Positions 9,150-15,139 of a DNA stretch of 15,139 nucleotides are shown here, one piece after another (positions within the stretch are counted from its first letter, which is position 1; the number at the start of each line of letters is the position of its first letter). The DNA is from Octopus sinensis (Eukaryota), in assembly GCF_006345805.1 (NCBI RefSeq), contig NW_021825610.1, forward strand, positions 1 to 15,139. The letters run 5' to 3'. The notes below the pieces were generated by a model. The model did no database searches and was not told the DNA's origin. It saw only the letters and a program-made list of their open reading frames with translations. The position numbers were made by a program, and so were the translations under genes.

Positions 9150-9830
9150 TTTCTTATTACAAATCTCCAGTATTCTTCTCAATATTCTTTTCAGAAGTTC
9201 ATAAACCGCTGTAGAATCTTAGAAGTATTCTCTTCCAAATTTAATTGCGAAGAATTGTTTAACTATTCGTATATCCTAATAGATATAAGTCTTAAATATC
9301 TTGCCAACACTTTTGGTTTTACTTCTATTTTCTTTTAATTATCACAGAATGGCATTATCACGCTTGAAACCTCCATATTTCTCGTATATTCTTCTTCTTG
9401 CTCTTAATTTTAATATCCTTCCGTAAGGCAATATTAATGGTTTTGAGCGCTGTTTTACATCCAATCCATGCTATCAATATCTGACCTCTTTTCTCGAACA
9501 TATTCTTCACAATAGATGGCCAGGTGCAATAGCATTTTGATGTTCATTGAATGAACCTAAATACATCGCAATTTACGTCGTGATAAGAATTATGTTTAAG
9601 TATATTCATAAGATTTAGTAATAAATTCTACACATTTTGTTGTAGACAATCCAGGTAAGATTTTCGTGATTTCGTTCGCATTCCTTCTTAGCTAGCTCAT
9701 GCATTAACTCAATAAACTTGCTTGTTGTAATTTCAGTCTTCTCGCCTTTCATTTTATACAATACTGGTTCAGTGGTTTTTATCTATGTGGAATTTGAATT
9801 AGTTTCTCATCAACTCTACTTGAAAAAGTA
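9150..9830 (-). mobile_element. Decayed 3' end of an R4/Dong-clade non-LTR retrotransposon (zinc-knuckle region plus restriction-like endonuclease)
   Basis: Minus-strand peptides in the expected order: FKFHIDK/TTEPVLYKMKGEKTE (from 9798), LAKKECERNH..WIVYNKMC, IKMLLHLAIYCEEYVREKRSDIDSMD (9541-9464), KTINIAL, EKY (9383-9375), KKIEVKP, RILRRILEI (9188-9162). These parallel the remembered R4-type motifs HIDKT..LCRMCGEK, LAQKEYKRRH, KLLWDF.IQ.D..I..RRPDI, IIDIA, EKY, KVEVIP and RILRRVLE. Confidence 0.75.
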
Positions 9831-9954
9831 AAGATCAATACTTTAAATTCATGAAGAAGTCTATGCTATAACTTGTTAACGTATGATCAGAATTAACCAT
9901 CTTCAACTTTCATTTATCTCCCTTTATAAGAAAGCGCTGGTAATTGGAGCTAAC

Positions 9955-10030
9955 AAGAGGATATTCAGTACGATCACTCTACCTCTTAGAAACAGTAGCT
10001 AAATATCCCTCAATCCATAGTCTAACAACG
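9955..10030 (+). mobile_element. Old dispersed-repeat relic, copy 3 of 3
   Basis: TCTACCTCTTAGAAACAGTAGCTAAATATCCCTCAA from 9978 is related to the motifs at 1767 and 8701. Confidence 0.4.
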
Positions 10031-10350
10031 AAAATTAAATTTGATACATTGAGTATTGTAATCGCTAGCATATAAAAATATGGGAGTTTTATCGTTGGAA
10101 CGATAGTCTGAATTACTTAAGCCTTCTCAAACATTTGTACAATATAATATTTCACACCATGTACAATATATCCTAGCACCCTATATCCAAACACCATGGC
10201 TCATAACTTTGAAAGTGTTCTGTACCTTTAACTCATACAGTCTTCTCACCTCTGATCGAATTAACGTCATATATTTCAAAGCAATGTTCTTTGCTTTCCA
10301 AAATTAGTCGCTTCTTCATTTAGAAGCTTTTGAAAAATACCTTGCATTAT

Positions 10351-10411
10351 TTGAAATCTCGCCGAATGTCAACATTGACTTTCTTTCCTCTGGGGTCGAT
10401 AGAATGAGGTA
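10351..10411 (+). mobile_element. Short decayed fragment of the Meta-like SINE family
   Basis: TTGAAATCTCGCCGAATGTCAACATTGACTTTCTTTCCTCTGGGGTCGATAGAATGAGGTA aligns with the SINE body TTCAAATTCCGCCGAGGTAGACTTTGCCTTTCATCCTTTCGGGGTCGATTAAATAAGTA (reverse complement of about 12128-12190). Confidence 0.6.
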
Positions 10412-10769
10412 TAAAGTCATGCACTATGTTCGATAGCATCCTCCCAGAATTGCTTGCTTTATGTCTAAATCAGAAGCCAATGTTATTTTCGCCGTAGGAG
10501 GGAATTTTTTAACGTAAAATCTTTTTAACGGGGACATAATGCACTCACAGTAATAAACGGAGGAGCTTCCAAATAAAAACATTAATCCAATGTAAATAGA
10601 AACTAATTGGTATTCACCGAGAAAAAGATATAGCAGAAACGATGCATTGCTGTGGCTGTTCTTATTGAACATGTTTGCCCCTAGTAGAACACTGACCAAG
10701 CGTACTTATGTTCAAGGACATTCCAGCTACGACAATCACGCCCTTTGTTTTTTTCCTTTTTGTTTGTTT

Positions 10770-10953
10770 GAAGAGGTAACTATATGTTAAAGAAAATTGT
10801 TTTCTAACCACGAAACCTTCTGTTCAACCCCATTACGCGGCACCTTGTCTTCTACTATAACCCCAGAGCGACGAAATTCTAGTGAGTGGGTTTTGTAGAT
10901 ATAGAACTGAATGAATCCAGTCGCATATGTGTATATGTATATATATGTGCTTA

Positions 10954-11019
<66 letters not shown>

Positions 11020-11046
11020 CTATCTATGATATATATATATATATAG

Positions 11047-11082
<36 letters not shown>

Positions 11083-11450
11083 GTATAAGTATAAAAGATG
11101 GAAAAAAACGCAACAGTGAAGAATAAAACATCCGAGCAAATAGACGATACAAAGGCAGACGGGAAAAACAACAGAGGGACAAGAAAAAAAACAAGGACGG
11201 GTCAATCTATATATATATATATATTATATGTATATATCAGTATGTAGGTGGTGTGTGTGTGTTTGTATTTGTTCCCTACTACCGCTTGACAACCAGTGTT
11301 GGTTTGTTTATCTCTCTGCACCTTAGAGGTTCAGCAAAAGTGGCCGATAGAATAAATACAAGGTTAAAAATAAATGTTGATTTTTGCGATCAGATCTCCT
11401 CAGCGTGGTGCCCCAGCATGACCGCAGTCCAACGACTGAAACAAGCAAAG
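10770..11450 (+). mobile_element. Old tRNA-derived SINE split by an expanded internal microsatellite block
   Basis: 5' half at 10770-10925 (...CGCGGCACCTTGTCTTCTACTATA...GTGAGTGGGTTTTGTAGA...). Microsatellite block at about 10925-11262. 3' half at about 11263-11450 (CGCTTGACAACC...GCCGATAGAATAAATACAAG...GGTGCCCCAGCATGACCGCAGTCCAACGACTGAAACAAGCAAAG). Joining the halves relies on my recollection of an octopus SINE with an internal (TA/TG) tract. Confidence 0.65.
10955..11086. repeat. (CT)n(CTAT)n(TA)n(GTAT)n compound microsatellite
   Basis: Directly visible. Confidence 0.95.
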
Positions 11451-11873
11451 GTAGCAGATATTTAGACATAACCTAAGTCCACATTATTCAAATTTTATAT
11501 ACATTTCCATAGCTTTTTTAAAACACTGTAGGGTATGATGTTTTAAAACAATGCTTCTAAATTTCAAAATGGACGTCAGAGATTGTAACATATCATTAGG
11601 ACAAACTACTAAGCTACTATTAAAGATTTGATGTTGAGCTAATTTCGCATATTACCAAAGGTAATTTTTTGTTTTAAAAAATAATCTTAATTGTGTATAA
11701 AATCATAATGTACTAAAAGTATTCTGGAGGTGAAAATTCACAAAATTTATACTTTAGCTGAACTTTTAATTTAAGGTAATACTATTTCGTATATTTATAG
11801 AAATTCGTGTCGTTATTAGAGTGAGAGTACAAACTACTTTCAAGAAAAACAAAAACAAAAATGTTTTGAATTT

Positions 11874-12453
11874 ATTCTTTTCTATTCTAGGCACAAAATT
11901 TTTGGGGAGGGGCCAGTCGATTATATCGACCCCAGGACGCAACTGGAACTTAAATTATCAACCCCGAAAGGATGAACGGCGAAGTCGACCTCGGTGGAAT
12001 TTGAACTCAGAATGTAAAGACAGACGAAATACCTATTTCTTTACTACCCACAAGGGGCTAAACACAGAGAGGACAAATAAGAACAGACAAACGGATTAAG
12101 TTGATTACATCGACCCCAGTGCGTAAGTGGTACTTATTTAATCGACCCCGAAAGGATGAAAGGCAAAGTCTACCTCGGCGGAATTTGAACTCAGAACGTA
12201 AAGACAGACGAAATACCTATTTATTTATTACCCACAAGGGGCTAAACATAGAGGGGACAAACAAGGACAGACAAACGGATTAAGTCGATTACATCGACCC
12301 CAGTGCGTAACTGGTATTTAATTTATCGACCCTGAAAGGATGAAAGGCAAAGTCGACCTTGGTGGAATTTGAACTCACAACGTAACGGCAGACGAAATAC
12401 CGTTAAGCATTTCGCCAGGAGTGCTAAAGTTTCAGCCAGCTCGCCGCCTTAAA
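11874..12453 (-). mobile_element. tRNA-derived SINE with three tandem internal units (184-bp period), flanked by an 11-bp TSD
   Basis: TSD GTTTTGAATTT at 11863-11873 and 12454-12464. One A-box, TGGCTGAAACT (12438-12428). B-box GAGTTCAAATTCC at 12376-12364, 12192-12180 and 12008-11996. Three 119-bp bodies are separated by two 65-bp linkers (12034-12098 and 12218-12282). Confidence 0.93.
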
Positions 12454-12804
12454 GTTTTGAATTTTTTTGTAAATGAAATGAATAAAAGTGTGAAGATAAA
12501 TGTATTTTACGAATATTACAGATCATGCAACACAAAAGTGAATTTGATTTGGAACAGTATATATATAATATATATAATGTAGTATACGACACATAAAAAT
12601 GAAACGTGTATACTTTATCTTTGATATCATATGTGCATGATTTAGTGGCATTTAGCACTCTGTCACTAACTGTTTCCCTACATACTCGTGAGGGTAGTAC
12701 ATAGGCTTGACCCAGGGGCACATCCAGGATGTGGCAGAAGGAAGGAGAAAAGACTGCACCAGCACTCAGGTGGTTGTCTTTTAACATGAGTAGAGTGGAG
12801 CAAC

Positions 12805-12900
12805 GCAACACACATACACATGTATACATACCCAGTGCCCAACACCCCAACAACTAGAAAACAAGCCTTCAACACACATACACACATACGCACGCACATG

Positions 12901-12934
<34 letters not shown>

Positions 12935-12960
12935 GTGTGTGTATGTATGTATATATATAT
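12805..12960. repeat. (CA)/(TA)/(TG) compound microsatellites
   Basis: Directly visible. Confidence 0.85.
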
Positions 12961-13078
12961 GAAAAAATACACATTAAGTACAGGTCTTCACCAACGAGCG
13001 AAAAGTACGTAAACACACAACGAGAGACAAGTACTTCTCTCGTTGGTGATGTCCTGTATTTAATGTGTATTTTTTCAT
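12959..13078. repeat. 120-bp inverted repeat (about 48-50-bp arms, 22-nt loop)
   Basis: ATGAAAAAATACACATTAAGTACAGGTCTTCACCAACGAGCGAAAAGTAC (12959-13008) versus the reverse complement of 13031-13078, ATGAAAAAATACACATTAAATACAGGACATCACCAACGAGAGAAGTAC. Confidence 0.92.
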
Positions 13079-13127
13079 TTTTATTTAATAATTGAACACC
13101 ACGCAGCCTTTGTCAACAGTAAATTTT

Positions 13128-13149
13128 TACACACACATACACACACACA

Positions 13150-13181
<32 letters not shown>
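13128..13181. repeat. (CA)n microsatellite
   Basis: Directly visible. Confidence 0.95.
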
Positions 13182-13184
<3 letters not shown>

Positions 13185-13261
13185 CAATGAAGAAATAAGT
13201 GATACAGGTATCCACTTTATACAGCTCAACCGATTAGCGCTCTGATAGAGCTTCTGGAATA

Positions 13262-13747
13262 TAAAATAAAGGACAAGACAAAACAAATTCAAAGGCCGAT
13301 ATGTATATTCATTCAATCCACATTAACGAAATTCTCCATGGTATACACAGATGCAGTCATCTATATGATATATAAAAAATTTCTAAGAATTTATAAATAC
13401 ATACATATGCACGAAAATTTATAAATATATAAAAATTCATACACATATAAACTTCATATGCCCGAAGAGAATGGTCCAATCAAACACTCGATTTTTAAAA
13501 TCATTTAACCCACCATTTCTTTCAAAATTTTTACCTTGTGATTCTATTAACTCTGATGAGAGAATTACAGAATATTGCTATGGTTGGAGCTAGCTCGCCC
13601 ATAGCAAGCTATATCTTTTCGAAACGGCCGTAAGACTTTATACATAGACTTTATACATGTTTCAGACTCCTTATGAATCAGTTTACATCCGCTTCATCAT
13701 CCTTTTCATTCGCACTTTGCAAGTACATTTATGGACTTACAGTTATA

Positions 13748-13778
<31 letters not shown>

Positions 13779-13997
13779 TTATGAATTTTTATGCATTTTT
13801 ATATGTGTATGAATTTTTATATATTTATAAATTTTCGTGTATATGTATATATTTATAAATTCTTATAAATTTTTATATATCATATAGATGAATACATCTA
13901 TGTATGTACTATGTATACCGTGGAGAATTTCGTTAATATGGACTGAATGAATATATGCATCGGGCTTTGAATTTGTTTTCTTCTCGCCTTAATTTTA
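13262..13997. mobile_element. Foldback/MITE-like element: about 190-200-bp inverted arms around a 346-bp spacer
   Basis: 13262-13451 matches the reverse complement of 13798-13997 (roughly 90% by eye, plus one indel of about 11 bp). The arms contain AAATTTATA/AAAAATTCAT sub-repeats. No TSD found. The inverted repeat is certain; the transposon interpretation is inferred. Confidence 0.7.
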
Positions 13998-14293
13998 CAC
14001 ACACACACACACATATTTATATATATTGATAGTGCCTCTTGAGAAGCCGTTCATATTACATAATGTGATAAACACTTATAATATGCAAATTAGTGATTCC
14101 AGTTCTCTCTACCTTTTTGAATTGTTGTGTATATAAACAAAGAAGTGGCCTATTTCACTGGTATTGGACAAATAATATATCTTTCATGAAAAACTCAATG
14201 CGCTTCGAAAATTGATTTAGGCAGTTCATCATTTTTTTTCAATCTACAGAGAAATAGTTAAATTTGCTATGTTTGGAATTCTGCTGCGTAGAA

Positions 14294-14368
14294 TGTGTGT
14301 GTGTGTGTGCAAGTGTGTGGTGTATGTGTGTGTGTGTGCGTGCAAGTGTGTGGTATATGTGTGTGTGT
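14294..14368. repeat. (TG)n with a 33-bp higher-order duplication
   Basis: TGCAAGTGTGTGGT(G/A)TATGTGTG occurs at 14308 and 14341. Confidence 0.85.
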
Positions 14369-15070
14369 TACAGAAGATGAATGAAAGATATTTACTATAA
14401 AAGTTTAGTTGATTATGGTCATGGTGAAATAGCAAATAACGTGAAATTACAGTTAACTATTATGGCAATAGAAAAGTAATTTTGGTTTTGCTGAGAATAG
14501 TCCACATAAAATTAATTTAATAATAACTGCGAGCGGTGAATTTGTAAAGTACATATATATATAGGTAAGCATTGTCAAGAATGTATGCTTCCTGTGTTAG
14601 CTGGTTGAAACTAGGTAGAAATAAGTTTATGATAGTAAATTTTAAAAAAATTCTACCAATGTAAAAATCGAGAATATCTTTCTGGTAAAAATTCTCACTT
14701 AAAAAAATAAAAACTTGATTAACAAAATTGATAATTTACTTAATGTTTAAATTTAAAAGAATTAACTATAAAACCTATATAAAATTACAATGAGGTTTGA
14801 AGATTTTGTCATCTCAATAACATGTATGCGTACAGACTACGTTGTTTGCAAAAAGCAATTTGATGATTGAAAGCAAAAGTACTTAGAGCTAAAAATCAAA
14901 AACAAAAAATAAAATAAAGTTATCGAATTGAAAGAACATGTGTGTAAATGAATATATTGCAATATCAGCAAAAATATGAATAATTATAAGGTAGCGTTAA
15001 TGTGGATAGAAAGTAAAAATGTAATTCGCACTTAAAAACATGCACTCTCCGCACATATTAAGATACGTTA

Positions 15071-15100
15071 CATGTGTGTATGTGTGTGTGTGCGTGTGTG
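15071..15100. repeat. Degenerate (TG)n microsatellite
   Basis: Directly visible. Confidence 0.85.
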
Positions 15101-15139
15101 TCTTTCTGAGTGCATACGTACTATAAACACACACATACA

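Noticed and set aside
11915-12401. CRISPR-like repeat-spacer appearance (119-bp repeats, 65-bp spacers)
   Set aside because: The spacers are near-identical to each other, the repeats are too long, there are no cas genes, and the context is a eukaryotic SINE.
13122-14020. AATTTT(T)ACACACAC...ACATAT at both 13123 and 13991, as a possible direct repeat or TSD around the foldback element
   Set aside because: The similarity is mostly the (CA)n itself, and the left copy is about 80 bp from the arm boundary.
14400-15060. Very AT-rich terminal region
   Set aside because: No ORF, repeat family or structure could be supported by eye.

Overview
This is an AT-rich, microsatellite-dense eukaryotic non-coding window, either intergenic or intronic. 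The repeat families and composition point to a coleoid cephalopod, probably Octopus (inference from pattern recognition, not a database search). I see no intact protein-coding gene, RNA gene or CRISPR array; nearly all listed ORFs are microsatellite or low-complexity artefacts. The window is a mosaic of transposable-element relics: (i) two internally deleted maT/mori-type (DD37D) mariner copies lying head-to-head in (TA)n arrays, forming a 1.8-kb imperfect palindrome (5230-7038); (ii) several tRNA-derived SINEs, including a 580-bp element with three 184-bp-period internal units and an 11-bp TSD (11874-12453); (iii) a heavily decayed 3' end of an R4/Dong-like non-LTR retrotransposon on the minus strand (about 9150-9830) that the ORF track misses; (iv) three further inverted-repeat structures (4142-4300, 12959-13078, 13262-13997). 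All alignments and counts were done by eye.
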